Below are positions 1-14,137 of a DNA stretch of 64,000 bases, piece after piece. Every line of letters begins with the position of its first letter. The first letter of the stretch is position 1. Below the pieces are notes generated by a model. That model ran no database searches. It was not told the DNA's origin and saw nothing but the letters and a program-made list of their open reading frames with translations. The position numbers and the translations under genes were made by a program. The DNA is from Eledone cirrhosa (Eukaryota): positions 249,860,001 through 249,924,000 of the forward strand of contig OZ024743.1 in the NCBI GenBank assembly GCA_964016885.1, written 5' to 3'.

Positions 1-58
<58 letters not shown>

Positions 59-89
59 ATGTATGTATATACATATGTGTGTATATATA

Positions 90-1398
90 CAGGGTGTGGA
101 TGATATTTGTTTGCAATTTTCAACTGCTAACTTTATGCAAATTTTGTTTACTTCCGTTGTCACTCTTGTCTTCATAAAAAGAGTGACTATATTTCGATTA
201 TTTATTTTCAGAATAATTGATTATGAATAATTTTGAACCTCTAAATTTGTGGAAGAGACACGGAGTTCTTCTTGGAATCCGTGCCGGGAGAACAAATAAG
301 GAAATTTCAGACTTTCTCAGCGTCAACAGGAGAATGGTGGAAAAGGTCAGAAAGGAATTGGAAGATTCAGTATTCGACTATGAAGCAACATCAGAGAGGA
401 AAACACATGATCGACGATCTGAGGTATTCAGAACACCCGAGTTCGTTGCTGAAGTTCAGGATATCATCAACAATGAACCTAGCAAGTTGATGCGTGCCAT
501 TGCAAGGGAGAAAGGCGTGGATGAAAATCTCATTAGGCTGGTGGTACATGAAGACATTCGCTACATTTCATACAAGATGAGAAAAGGACAATTTCTGTCA
601 AAGGTGATGCAGGAAAAGCGACTGAAGCATGCAAAGAAGCTGATCAACAAGTTGAAACACCTACTGGAGCCAGACATGCTGTGGTTTTTCTCCGACGAGA
701 AAAATTTCTGCCAAGACCAGAAGATCAACTCCCAGAACAACAGGTGGCTCACTGTCTCATCCAAAGACATGCTCAGAGTCATGCAGACAAAGTTTCCAGT
801 GACAACATTGGTCTTAGGTGTCATCAGCAGTGAAGGTGACGTCATGCCACCTCACTTCTTCCCTGAGGGCCTCAAGCTGAACACCGATGACTACATCCGC
901 ATTCTGGGTGAGGTAGTAAAGCCCTGGATCGACCAGGTGGCTGCAGGTAGGCCGTACGTGTGGCAGCAAGACTCAGCGTCCTGCCATACCAGCCGAAAGA
1001 CCCAAGCCAGGCTGTCAGAGAACGTCGTCAACCACACTTCACCTGACAACTGGCCTCCCAACTCCCCTGACTGCAACCCCCTCGACTTCTTTGTGTGGGG
1101 CGCAGTGGAATGAGACACCAACAGATCTAGCTGCAATACGAAAGACGATCTGAAGGCCAGGATCACAAGTGCCTTTAGGGGCCTAAGTCGGGGGACAGTG
1201 ACGGGGACGGCCTGTAGCCAGTTCCGAGGCCGCCTTGAGGCCATCATCAAAGCCAATGGCGGGTTTATCAAGTGAGATCGAAAGAACAAGTCATGAAGAC
1301 AAACTGACCCAAGTTTGATAAATATATCTTAAAAAATAAAACTACTGTGTTATTTTTCCTAGACAGTAATCTTGCGAACAAATATTGTCCGCACCCAG
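90..1398 (+). mobile_element. Tc1/mariner superfamily DNA transposon, DD37D (maT-type), full length but inactivated
   Basis: Imperfect 27-bp TIRs: CAGGGTGTGGATGATATTTGTTTGCAA (90-116) versus the reverse complement of 1372-1398, 22/27 match. TA flanks on both sides (88-89, 1399-1400). Internal transposase ORF. Confidence 0.9.
217..1275 (+). pseudogene. DD37D transposase with one premature stop
   Basis: Motifs FSDEK, WQQDSASCH and WPPNSPDCNPLDF, with 37 residues between the 2nd and 3rd Asp. TGA at 1111-1113 interrupts the frame, which continues (DTNRSSCNTKDDLKARI...ACSQFRGRLEAIIKANGGFIK) to TGA at 1273-1275. Confidence 0.88.
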
Positions 1399-1417
1399 TA
1401 CATTTATATATAATGTC

Positions 1418-1460
<43 letters not shown>

Positions 1461-1821
1461 CTATGACATATATGTGTGTCTGTGTGTATGTGCATATATG
1501 TGTCTACATTGAGTATATAGAGCCTATGCATGTGAAGATCGGGTTTTAATAATGAAGCAATTATATTTCAATTAAATCACTAATGTTCTCCAAACAAAAT
1601 ATATGTATAAAATATATATATACAAATACAGGATCTCACTTATTGATTTGAGAATTTAGTTTCCTAATGAGAAATAAATTAAATGTTTATTTAATTAGGA
1701 AAAGATTGTTATAATATAATTGTATCTTCTTTACTCTATTAATTCAAATCTTTATTGAAGTATATCTTTTATGTTTTAAAAACGAATAATATTGATAAAA
1801 GATGTGACACATTTTTCTTTT

Positions 1822-2575
<754 letters not shown>

Positions 2576-3879
2576 GATAATTTGTTGGAAAGAAGATAAA
2601 ATGTAGTATTTTGGCTGATATTATAGAACCTAGATTGAAATTCAAGTCAAAGTTGAAATGCTCAAAAAAAAAAAAAAAATGAATTAGTTTTATGTCATGG
2701 AGAGAAATGTTAAAAAAGTAGCGCAAAGCAGTTATTTTTCAGCAAAAATATGCATAAAAATTCATTTTGAATAATAAAAAGACAATTTTAGAAATGAAAT
2801 AGTACTTTTTAAATTAATTAGACAAGATAAAAAACACTTGAAATTGGATTGGGCGACATAGAATGGCAAAAATTATATATATATGTATCCTCATGGACAA
2901 GTTTTCTTTTATTTTGAAGATTGTCTTCTGATGGCTGCTCTCTTGTTTTTGTTATTTAAAAAAATCTTTCTTTTTCAGAAATATTTTGAACAAATTATCT
3001 TTTTCAATTATTAAGAGAAAATATTAAATTACTTATAAAATGAAAATAATATCAAGAAAAACAAAAGAAAATATTTGATTAGTCAAATGATCATAGGCAA
3101 TAAAAAAGAAAATATATATATTATTCTGTGATGAATAGGTATAGAGCATTTAAAATCTTCGTAATGAAGGAATTTGGAGGCATTTATTAAAATTATTAAT
3201 TATTTGTAACATCACTTAATAGCAAAATTATGTCAGAAGGTTTTAATTCAAATATAAACCCTTGAAAATGGCTTTTTTTTTTGTAGAACCAGAAGTGGTT
3301 TTGGGCAGACTGATATCAAAAAGTGTTAATGAAGAATTTGAAAGGACTTCTGAAAATTATTGTTTCATTATTAAGATGGCATTTGTAACATATAGTTCTT
3401 ATATAAAATTACGGTGAAAGATTTTAATTTAAATAGGAACTCTTAAACATAGTTGCTTTTGTTTCATAGAACCAGAACAGGTTTAATCCAGATTGGTATC
3501 CAAAGAGTTAAAACTCTACAGTGTTTTGATGCCAAAGGAGAAACAAATATTCCTGTGTAGTAAATTATAAAATGGAAAGGTTATATATAGTTAAGAAAAA
3601 TAGCAATAGATTCTTTTGGTTGAATACAGTTGTAGACAAAATCCCCAAGCCTTTACAACTACACACATACAGTGGGCCTGAATCTTGTATAGTCAATCAT
3701 CCCCCACCCACCCAGCACCTTGCATTATTAACAAAACTACATGTATTCAAGACCCTTATATATGAAATTACCTATGTATGCTAATGTTTTGTGTATTGGA
3801 TTTCCATGATTTTCAACGAGTGTTTCACTTGTTGAAACAATGGTACAGCCTGCTTGTCAAATTAACATGCATGTGGCTA

Positions 3880-4102
3880 ATTATTCCACAGGCACATGTA
3901 CCCTACAAGTAACTCTTAGGGAGGTTCAGCATGACACATTATGTGACATGGCTAGCCCTTTGAATTGCAGGTATAACTTACTTTTGCCAGCTAAATAGAC
4001 TGGAGCAATGTCAATAAAGTGTCTTTCTTAAGACACAACAGTTGAACACATGATCTTATAATAATAAATGAAACATTCTAACTACTAAGCCATGCGCCTT
4101 CA
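3880..4102 (-). mobile_element. tRNA-derived SINE with CORE-like central block (family B), degenerate
   Basis: Reverse strand begins GAAGGCGCATGGCTTAGTAGTTAG (A-box-like). Contains the AATAAAGTGTCTT block shared with 50650, 57500 and 63900. Confidence 0.65.
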
Positions 4103-4542
4103 TGGTGCTGATGTTTTGGATGAAGCATAATATCAGGTTCTTCAGACATTGAGAAAATTGAGGTGAAAAAAAAAAAGTAATGATAACAATAGGGGTTAGT
4201 TTTCACTCTTACAATAACTGATGTTGTTTTATGTGGAACAGGATGTTAAGAGTTTTACAATTTTTTTTTAATTAAAAAAAGAAGTTTCTGACCATGTAAG
4301 ATAAGTAAATGGAAAAGTTAGTAAATTTATTTAAAAAATTATTTTTCTTTGCTCTTCATCTTGTTTATACCTATCCATTGTAGAGAAATAAATATACACA
4401 CAAACACACACACATATATATATATATGTACGAGTGTATACATACATCTGTATATACACATACATATTTATAATATATATACACACATGTATATATGCAT
4501 ACATATATATATATATAATCATACATATATACATTTATATAT

Positions 4543-4610
<68 letters not shown>

Positions 4611-5199
4611 GTAAGAAACATCATTAAAAATGAAATGACAGCAAGCAGTAAATGCATTATTAGAGAGTAAGATATAAAGAGAACATGCAGACATATACTT
4701 TAACATCTAAGTATTTTGGCAATTTAGAAAAAGTGGGGGATGAAAATATAATATGGGAGTATATATTTATTTTTTAACAATATTTTTTTATCGCTAATAT
4801 TCAAATTCAAGCTCTGGTGATGAGAAATAGCTACAATAAAAATAATATCATTTTGGTTTTCTTTTTTGTGAGGATCTTTTTGGCTGATATTTTCTTAAAA
4901 CATAAAACTGAAAATAGCCATATAGCAAGATAATTATTTTACAAAAATTAAGCACCATCTTCTTTTTTTTTTAAAGAGAGACATTCCATTGAAATATATA
5001 TTATATGTGAATAAATAGGAAAAAACCCCCCAGAAATGAAGATTATGACATTCATGAACACACATGCTCACTCACACATATAAATGTGTGTGTGTGTGTT
5101 TATGAGAGAGAGAGAGAAATGTGTGTACAGTTACTGAATGTGTATAAAATCCTATTTATGTATGCGTTTGTGTGTGTATATACACAAAGTAAAGTGATT

Positions 5200-5744
5200 G
5201 TGTTGGTGACAGGTGCCATGATAAAATGCACCCCAGCCCACTCTATAAAGTAGGGGTGGTGGTGATAAAATACACCCAGTAAACTGGTAATGCCAGTGTC
5301 ATGATAAAATGCATCCACCCCTGTCTGAAAAGTGGTAGTGCTCAGGACATTATAAAATGCACCTACTATATGCTGTAAAGTGGTCAGTGTTAGGAAAGGC
5401 TTCCATGTGTAGAAACCATGCTGAACTGGAATGTATGAGCAGGAAATGGTCATTTGACCTGTCAAGTCTCACAACTTGACAACCCATTTAACCCATACTA
5501 CCATGAAAAACATAAAATAGTGCTGGTGATGATGATCTCATTGGTAATTGAGATTATGTATGTAAACTCTTTAATTTAATTAATCCCTGGTATATTACTG
5601 GTATCCTTGTGTATCAATGTAAGAAGATAAAAAAACACCCATAGCTGGTATTAAAAAGACATTGAATTGAGCACAACTCAATGCATAGTATATATGACCC
5701 TAATATATATATATACAAACACACATATACACACACACATATAT

Positions 5745-5775
<31 letters not shown>

Positions 5776-6105
5776 CACATATATATATATATATATATAC
5801 ATATATCACCTTCATCATCACTGTTTAACATCCATTTTTCCATGCTAGCATGGGTTAGAAGAGTTGTCCTGTTGTGAGAAATGCTAGGTCAGGTGACCAT
5901 GTCTTGCTCATGCAGAACTGATTTTGGCTTCGTTTTCACAGCTGGATGCCCTTCCTAATGCCAACCACATTTCGAGTGAGTACTGGGTGCTTTTTGTCAT
6001 GTCACCATCACGACCACTTTACAGTGTGGGCTGGGCACTTTTTGTCATGTCACCACCATGACCAGGTTGGTGTTCCTAACGCCAACCATATTTAGAGTGA
6101 GTACT
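5200..6105. mobile_element. Two SINE/RTE-tail fragments in opposite orientation
   Basis: GTTAGGAAAGGCTTCC...ACCCATACTACCATGAAAA..GATGATG on + (about 5390-5535). CATCATC..TTTAACATCCATTTTTCCATGCTAGCATGGGTT..GCTGGATGCCCTTCCTAA on - (5812-6100). Confidence 0.6.
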
Positions 6106-6309
6106 GGGTGCTTTTTGTCATGACACCTACATATGGGCTGGGGGCTTTACTAGATGTATGCCCCAGCCTGTCCTCATGGGAGGTGTATGGAAGAGTGGGG
6201 CGGGATGGAGGTGAGGGTGGTGCATACTATATGTATGCTTTAGCTTCAGCCTGTGCACATGGGAAGGCAGAACTTCTGTATTGCAGCATAATGTCAGAGG
6301 TCTCATTCC

Positions 6310-6527
6310 TGTCATCGTCTTGAGAGGTGCAATTGAGCAAAGTCAGCTTTTATCACCTCTTCCCAAATTTTCCTGGGTCCCCCCACTCCCTGGCTTCCAT
6401 CAACTTTGAGTGCTCTGCACCTTTTTATACAGCTGTCTTCCTTTATACACATCACATGTCCATACCAACGCAATCTCCTCTCCTGCACATTGTATCTGAT
6501 TCCTCTCATGCCTAGTTTCTCTCTCAA
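6310..6527 (-). mobile_element. RTE-clade LINE 3' coding fragment
   Basis: LREKLGMRGIRYNVQERRLRWYGHVMCIKEDSCIKRCRALKVDGSQGVGGPRKIW, homologous to the C-terminus of 53045-54379. Confidence 0.85.
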
Positions 6528-6570
<43 letters not shown>

Positions 6571-6599
6571 CATATATACAGATATATACATATATACAG

Positions 6600-6642
<43 letters not shown>

Positions 6643-7089
6643 GATATGTATATATATATATATATATCATAAAATGATTATTTAATTTATTAATTCTTCA
6701 TTGAGCCACAAAGTGACCCGTTGCAAAACACATATCTATCTATGACTTTATATATATATATGTAAACCTTTATATATATATATATATATATATACAGATA
6801 TGTATATATACACACACCACACACACATATATATATATATATATACAGATAAATATGTACACACACACACACATATATATACATATACACATACACATAT
6901 ATATGAACACACATATATATACGTATATACATACACACACATATATATATATATATACATATTTACACATATATATATATATTCATACATATATACATAC
7001 ATACATATATATACATACAGGGATATATATATATATATAAGCGTATTTATTTACACATATATATACATATATATATATATATACATGCA

Positions 7090-7145
<56 letters not shown>

Positions 7146-8332
7146 CACACACATACATATATACATATATATATATACATATATATACATATATATCCAA
7201 ACACACACAAACACACACACATACACATACAAACACACACATATATATATATATAAAATATTCATAACATTGATTCAATCTTTCTTTTACATATTTCCTA
7301 TGAGATATACTGCTTATGCTCTCGAATTAATTTTGAAAATAAATATTTGGAGAGATTTAATGAATTTACATACATAAATAAGCTGGTGTTTGAAGCATTA
7401 AAATTCATGATGCATATATATGCATATTTATTTACAACTGAGATTACAATTACAAGATGGACATCTGATAAAGCTGTCTGTATTTCTAATTATCATAGCG
7501 TCTGATGAGCAAAGTGAGGCAGAGTTGAGTTGCATGTTTCAGAACTCTTACATAACTGCATGTGGTTTAGAACTATTCATTTATAAAACACGCCTAACCC
7601 ATGCAAGCGTGGGAAATGGATGTTAAATGATGACAATGATAATGATGATGAGTGATTTAGGATTACAAATAAAATATGATGAATCAAAATTTTGATCTCA
7701 CATCTTTTATTGAAAACACTCTGCAACATATGTCACTAAGAAATGGATAATGGTATAAATCTCCACATTTATATACCAAATATCTATTTCACATAAATAT
7801 ACTGAGTGTTAAAATTGGTATTATCAGTAGTAATTATCATTATTACTCAATATCCTGACTATATCTCTCGCTTTCTGTACATATAAATATATATAAGTAA
7901 TAGAAGAGATAAAGGAAACAGAATGCTCTATGTTATATACAGAGCTGGAATATTATAGTATAATGAACTTCCACACAGTTTAGTTCCTAGCATTGGTTTT
8001 CAACCCCACATTTAGTTTAGATTGTGAGTGTGCCCTCTGCACGTGAAACCTTCGTTCAGGTAACTAGCTATATGCAAATGAGCATCTCCAGCAGGTGATC
8101 ATCATGTAACTATAATCGATTTTATGCCAGTACATTTTGAGTGAGTGTCACTGATGTAATATTAACAAATCTTGAAACAGTGTTATCTGACATTCTCGGA
8201 ACATACTAGTAACTCGGTGATATACTCACCGAGGAAAACAAAGAAAAATGAAATTTTTCATTTTTGAGGCTTCCCTTATATTTATTGTATATATGTATTT
8301 AATATGTTTGTATATGTTTTCATATACACCTC

Positions 8333-8408
8333 TATTATGCATAATATATATTATGCATAATATATATTATGCATAATATATATTATGCATAATATATATT
8401 ATGCATAA
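8333..8408. repeat. 16-bp palindromic tandem repeat (TATTATGCATAATATA) x about 5
   Basis: Period 16 read directly. The core TATTATGCATAATA is its own reverse complement. Confidence 0.9.
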
Positions 8409-9354
8409 ATGCTGTCTTAAATAAATGTGTATATATTTTTTATTATGGTTAAGTGTTGAATTACTCTGGCATTTTACCTGTCTATTTACAGGATCATCAG
8501 ACAAGACTGAATATTCAATGGCAGATACAATATAAATAGGAGAAGAAGTGGGGTGGATGGGTGTTTTTGAGTGGGATAGGTATATAGGGAGGGTGGCTCA
8601 CCTGCATCAATATCACACACATATACGTATATATATATATATATACACATGCACACATATATACACACAAGCACATACGCAAATACATATGTCTTAGTGA
8701 GAGAGGCAAGATAAAGACCATCACTTCTTTTGGGAGGGTCTCATATTCTGGTGAGGGAGGTAGGGGATGGTGGATGAGATGAGGGGGGAAGAAATCATAA
8801 GTCATGGTTTACTGATGGGCAAGATATGCAGTCCTCTGAGCTATGTCTGTATGTGTATATATATATGTGCGTATGTATATATGCATGTGTATATGCATTT
8901 TTAATGTATTTATGTATGTATGAATGTATGAATGTATATATGCCTGTGTTTAAGTATATATGTATGTATGTATGTATAAATAAATGTATATATATGTTTG
9001 TGTTTAAGTATATATGTATATATGTATGAATGACCAAAAGGATCAAAGCCAGTGATGCATCTTAACAATCCTAAATGTTGTCTTATAAAATTATAAAACA
9101 AAATGATAAAAATGTATTCTACTCTCCCTTCCCCCACACTCTCCTTCCCTTCCCTTCCTTATTCATCTTCTAGCCTTTCATTATAATCTACTTTTCCATT
9201 TTTCTCTTCTCTTCATTTTCCCCTTCTTCCTCTTTACCTTTTTCTCTCCTTCCAACTATTTCGTTTTCACCCCATTTTCTTCTACACTACCTTCTCCCTC
9301 TCCTCATTACTCCTCTCAGCATCCACCCCAAAGAAACTATAAATAACAATTATT

Positions 9355-9408
9355 TGACTTTCCTGATGATTTCATATGGATGAAACAGTTCAATTCCTGT
9401 AGAAGTCA
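9355..9408 (+). ncRNA. Type I hammerhead-ribozyme-like motif (Penelope-like element terminus)
   Basis: TGACTTTC-CTGATGA(9363-69)-tTTCatatGGAt-GAAA(9382-85)-CAG ttcaattc CTG-TA-GAAGTCA. Intact core boxes, stem III ACAG/CTGT, GUA triplet, stem I TGAC.TTC/GAA.GTCA. Stem II is weak, with a U-U first pair. Confidence 0.62.
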
Positions 9409-10082
9409 TTTCTATATATAAAATATACATGCCTATACTCTACCAACATACTGAATAAGTTTATTAAATATGGTTACTTCCCGATACCCATCAGTAATCC
9501 ACCTACAATTATGTATATTTTATAAACGTATGAGAAAAATGTTGAAATTACACATGAAAACTGATGTAGAGAGATCAAACATGAAATGAGTTATAATTTC
9601 AGAAGAGGGACCAGGAAGTATAAACTTCAATTTGGAAGAATTGGTCGAGCATAGCACAGAATTATTTGCCTTAGAGGTATAATTTCATTTTATAGTTCAA
9701 CTATCTGAGTTCAAATCCCTGTTGATGTTTGACTTTAAACCAACCCATAGAACCCTATAAAGTGAACAAAACATGATGGTGATGGTGATGATAATGGTTC
9801 CATGGTATGTTTGTTTCTAATTCTTAAGAGTAAAGAATTCGAAAGTGGCAAGCATGAGCACATATACATACACATTCATATACACACACAAAAAACACAT
9901 ATCTTACTGGTAAAAAACACCTAAAAATCTATTAATAAAACAATGTTTTATGATAATAGTGGTAAAATAAATATTTAAATGGACTGGCAGTCCATCCAAG
10001 GAGGAATCATGTAAAAAAACATTGCATATTTGTGTTTGCTTATTATGTTAGCATATTGAATTATGGGAGCTAATCAAAGGAT

Positions 10083-10912
10083 CATGTGGTGTGGAGCAAT
10101 ATTATACTTTAATGTTGTTCATTAGACAACATGTGGTGTGGAGCAATATTATACTTTAATGTTGTTCATTAGACAACATGTGGTGTGGAGCAATATTATA
10201 CTTTAATGCTGTTCATGAGACAACATGTGGTGTGGAGCAATATTATACTTTAATATTGTTCATTAGACAACATGTGGTGTGGAGCAATATTATACTTTAA
10301 TGTTGTTCATTAGACAACATGTGGTGTGGAGCAATATTATACTTTAATGTTGTTCATTAGACAACATGTGGTGTGGAGCAATATTATACTTTAATGCTGT
10401 TCATGAGACAACATGTGGTGTGGAGCAATATTATACTTTAATGTTGTTCATTAGACAACATGTGGTGTGGAGCAATATTATACTTTAATGCTGTTCATGA
10501 GACAACATGTGGTGTGGAGCAATATTATACTTTAATGTTGTTCATTAGACAACATGTGGTGTGGAGCAATATTATACTTTAATGCTGTTCATGAGACAAC
10601 ATGTGGTGTGGAGCAATATTATACTTTAATGTTGTTCATTAGACAACATGTGGTGTGGAGCAATATTATATTTTAATATTGTTCATTAGACAACATGTGG
10701 TGTGGAGCAATATTATACTTTAATGCTGTTCATGAGACAACATGTGGTGTGGAGCAATATTATACTTTAATGCTGTTCATGAGGCAACATGTGGTGTGGA
10801 GCAATATTATACTTTAATGTTGTTCATTAGACAACATGTGGTGTGGAGCAATATTATACTTTAATGTTGTTCATTAGACAACATGTGGTGTGGGGTAATA
10901 TCATATTTTAAT
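10083..10912. repeat. 47-bp minisatellite, 17 full copies plus a partial copy
   Basis: Unit CATGTGGTGTGGAGCAATATTATACTTTAATGTTGTTCATTAGACAA starts at 10083, 10130, 10177 ... 10882. No spacers. Confidence 0.97.
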
Positions 10913-12009
10913 AACACAGATTCTTGTGAAAATACTGATGATACATAAAACAAGATCATTATGAAAAATAATTAAATTCAATAAGAATTATGAAAAAAAG
11001 AAAAGTTGCCAATCATCAGATCAGACCAAAGAAACAATGTTTGCATTGATCTTTACATGATTTTATCTGTTGGTCTTTCCATTGTGAATCAAGAGTTCAA
11101 AGCTCCAATATTACAGACATGCAACTCGAATATCTAAGGAAAAAATTGCTAGATAGATTTATGTGCAAAGCCAGCCATCAGGTTGACTACAAGCAAAATG
11201 GTTAGATAATATCCATGAAATTTGGACATGCTTGAGACAGTTGCTTCTGATTAAACCCTCTCTTTGAGGACTCTGTCTGCATGACCCCCCAAGAAATAAG
11301 TGGGTGAAGAAGAAGAAGAAGAAGAAGAAGAAGAAGAAACATGGTTAAGAAAAGGCTAAATAAATATGGTAAGTTATGTAAAAAGGATTTCTACTAGCAA
11401 TTTTGGGAAAGGGAAAGTCAATTAAATCCACTCCAGTGCATTACTGGTGCTTTATTTTATCAACCCCTTAAGGATGAAAGGCAACATTTTAAGATCAGTT
11501 GTTAATGACCAAGGAATTAGAATTCATATATTCATACTTTGTTAAGCATCTTGTATGAAAGATATATTCCAAGGCTATCATTTGATAACAAGTATTGTTG
11601 CTTTTGTTAAGGGTTTCAGGTGCCCATGTAGTTGCAAGCAGACACAAAAATATTATTGGAAGTATTACATATTCAATATGTATTTGGAAATAGCTCTTGG
11701 AAGAATCTATGTAATATTATTTCATCATCTTCTCAAAACGAAATAATATTGGAAAATATGTGTGAAATAACTGCTTAAAAAACAAAAACAAAAACAGAAA
11801 ATACTAGCCAGGCTATTCATGGCACAATACAACATTGTATCAATTATAGAATTTCTAAGAAATCAAATTAATTGCTAAAGGTGGTAAGTATGAAGTTTGA
11901 TTGTTTACAACAATTCTATTATTTATCGAAGAATGGATCTAACTAGGAAAAGGTACCAACCAGTACAAAATCATATTTTCTGTTAAACTAGATTTTAAAC
12001 AACATTTAT

Positions 12010-12096
<87 letters not shown>

Positions 12097-12293
12097 AATA
12101 GATAATATCATTATGCATAACATAGATAAACATTATTGTTTAGAAAATGAAGAAATATATATGTATGTATATGGGGTTGACTGGGGTTGTATAATGCATA
12201 ATATATGAAATGTTCATGTAAATAAACTCTACTACCTCTCATATATATACATTAGTGTGTATATATATATGAGTATGTATGTGTGTATGTGTG

Positions 12294-12363
<70 letters not shown>

Positions 12364-12368
12364 TATAC

Positions 12369-12426
<58 letters not shown>

Positions 12427-12950
12427 ACATATATATATACACATACACACACATACATATATTTATATACTTACATACAAATATGTATATACATACACAC
12501 ATAATAAATAACATATTTACCATTCTTCATATATACATGTGTTTACCAGATACACTGTATTCGGAAATGTCCAATGACATCACCCTTGTTACTGACTTTA
12601 AAGGATTATCATTACATATACAATATCCTATGGCTTCTACATGGCAGAATGGTTAACCTCTTTCATACGAAATCATTTGAAATCATCCTTAGTTTTCTAG
12701 GGTACAAAACTGTTTGTTATAAAGGGATTATATTAATTTAAAAACTTTCCATCATGATTTGAATTTACAAAAGCTTAGTTAAGTTATGTTCCAAACTCCA
12801 GCTTAAATTGTTTAATACCAAACAATCTGAAAGAATCTTTGGTTCTATGATACCAAAATGTTTGTTTGAAAGTGTTTATATTTATCTACAAACTTTCCAT
12901 AATTTTGTATAAGAAAAGCTTTATTATATTCCAAACACCAGCTTAATAAT

Positions 12951-13135
12951 TGTTTCTACTTTTGGCACAAGGCCAGCAATTATCCCATTGTATTACTGGT
13001 ACTTTATTTTATCGACCCCATAAGGATGAAAGGCAAAGTTAACCTTGGCGGGATTTGAACTCAGATCATAAAGGTCCGTAACTCTTTGCTGCAAAACATG
13101 GCGTCCGACCCTCTACCGATAGTGCCAATCCACCA
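12951..13135 (-). mobile_element. tRNA-derived SINE family A, full length, with target-site duplication
   Basis: Sense strand GGTGGATTGGCA..TCGG (A box), GAGTTCAAATCC (B box), TTTGCCTTTCATCCTTA..GGGTCGATAAAATAAAGTACCAG and an (ATT)n tail. CACCAGCTTAATAAT is repeated at 12936-12950 and 13131-13145. Confidence 0.85.
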
Positions 13136-13158
13136 GCTTAATAATGAGAAAGTGAATT

Positions 13159-13326
13159 CATCATCATCATCGTTTAACGTCCATCTTCCACGCTAGCCTG
13201 GGTTAGACGGGAGTTGTCCCACTTGAGGCAAGGTTGGTCGGGTGACCGTGTCTCTCTCATATAGGACTATCTGGCAGGTTTTCTACAGCTGGATGCCCTT
13301 CCTAACACCAACCACATTTACAGTGT
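13159..13326 (-). mobile_element. SINE 3' part with RTE-type tail
   Basis: Reverse strand AGGAAGGGCATCCAGCTGTAGAAA...GGACGTTAAACGATGATGATGA, the same tail type as the LINE at 50760. Confidence 0.7.
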
Positions 13327-13726
13327 ACATTACTAAATCCTTCTGAATTCTTAATTATTTTAGGCTGTATTTTTCTTGAGAAATATTGTAATAAAAGGGT
13401 TAAAGTGATTATATTTACCTAAAAACTTCCAATTTTAATTTTATGCAACCAAAGCCTTATTAAATTATGGGAAAGTTATTTATATTACTAAATCCCTCCA
13501 AATCATTGATTATAATCAAAATTAATTAAAAACCATAGGCAGTGTCTTTCATTCGAAATATGGAAATAAAAGGGTTAATTAAACATAAATGATGAAACTG
13601 ATGAAATTAGCCAAAGAAACTAATTATTATCAACAGATAACACTAATACATAAATAAACATAAAACTCAGGCAAAACTGCTTTTAAGTTCAATACATCTC
13701 CAGACAAAACATTTTAATCTAAAACT

Positions 13727-14137
13727 ATTATTATTATTATTATTTCCATTATCATTTTTATTGTGTACCATTACTGCTTTACCGAGCACAGCTCTGTGTA
13801 CCTTGGGTATGAGCAGTGTAGTTTTTGCTGATGTTTCTATTGTATTGATAGTAATATATGTGCAGTTCTTAGTAGTGCTATTTTTTGTATGCTGTATATA
13901 TTTGTAAGTCCTGGTGTTTTGGCTATGTATTTGTCTGTGTGTTTTTTTTATCATTCCCAGAGCACCTATTATTATAGGTATTATTTCTGTTTTCATTTTC
14001 CACATTCGAGTTATTTCTATCTCTAGATCTTTATATTTGGAGAGTTTCTCTATTTCCTTGGAAGATATATTATCGTCTGTAGGGATTGATACATCTATTA
14101 GAAGGCATTTTTTTTCTTTGTGGTCTTTGACTTTTGT
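13727..14137 (-). mobile_element. 3' fragment of a restriction-like-endonuclease non-LTR retrotransposon (R4/Dong-like)
   Basis: KDHKEKKCLLIDVSIPTDDNISSKEIEKLSKYKDLEIEITRMWKMKTEIIPIIIGALG, followed by a 3' UTR ending in (AAT)n. Confidence 0.8.

Larger units (their letters stand above)
12652..13580. mobile_element. AT-rich repeat with TTAA|CCC...GGG|TTAA-type ends (piggyBac-like MITE family), interrupted by SINEs
   Basis: Recurring modules AAACCTTCCATCATAATTT / CCAAACACCAGCTTAATAAT / TACTAAATCCCTCCAAATTC, ending in AAAGGGTTAA. Related copies at 14320-14770, 26820-27465, 58075-58700 and 61347-61540. Confidence 0.5.

Noticed and set aside
10083-10912. CRISPR-like regular array
   Set aside because: Units abut with no unique spacers, there are no cas genes, and the context is eukaryotic. 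The same applies to 43894-44439.
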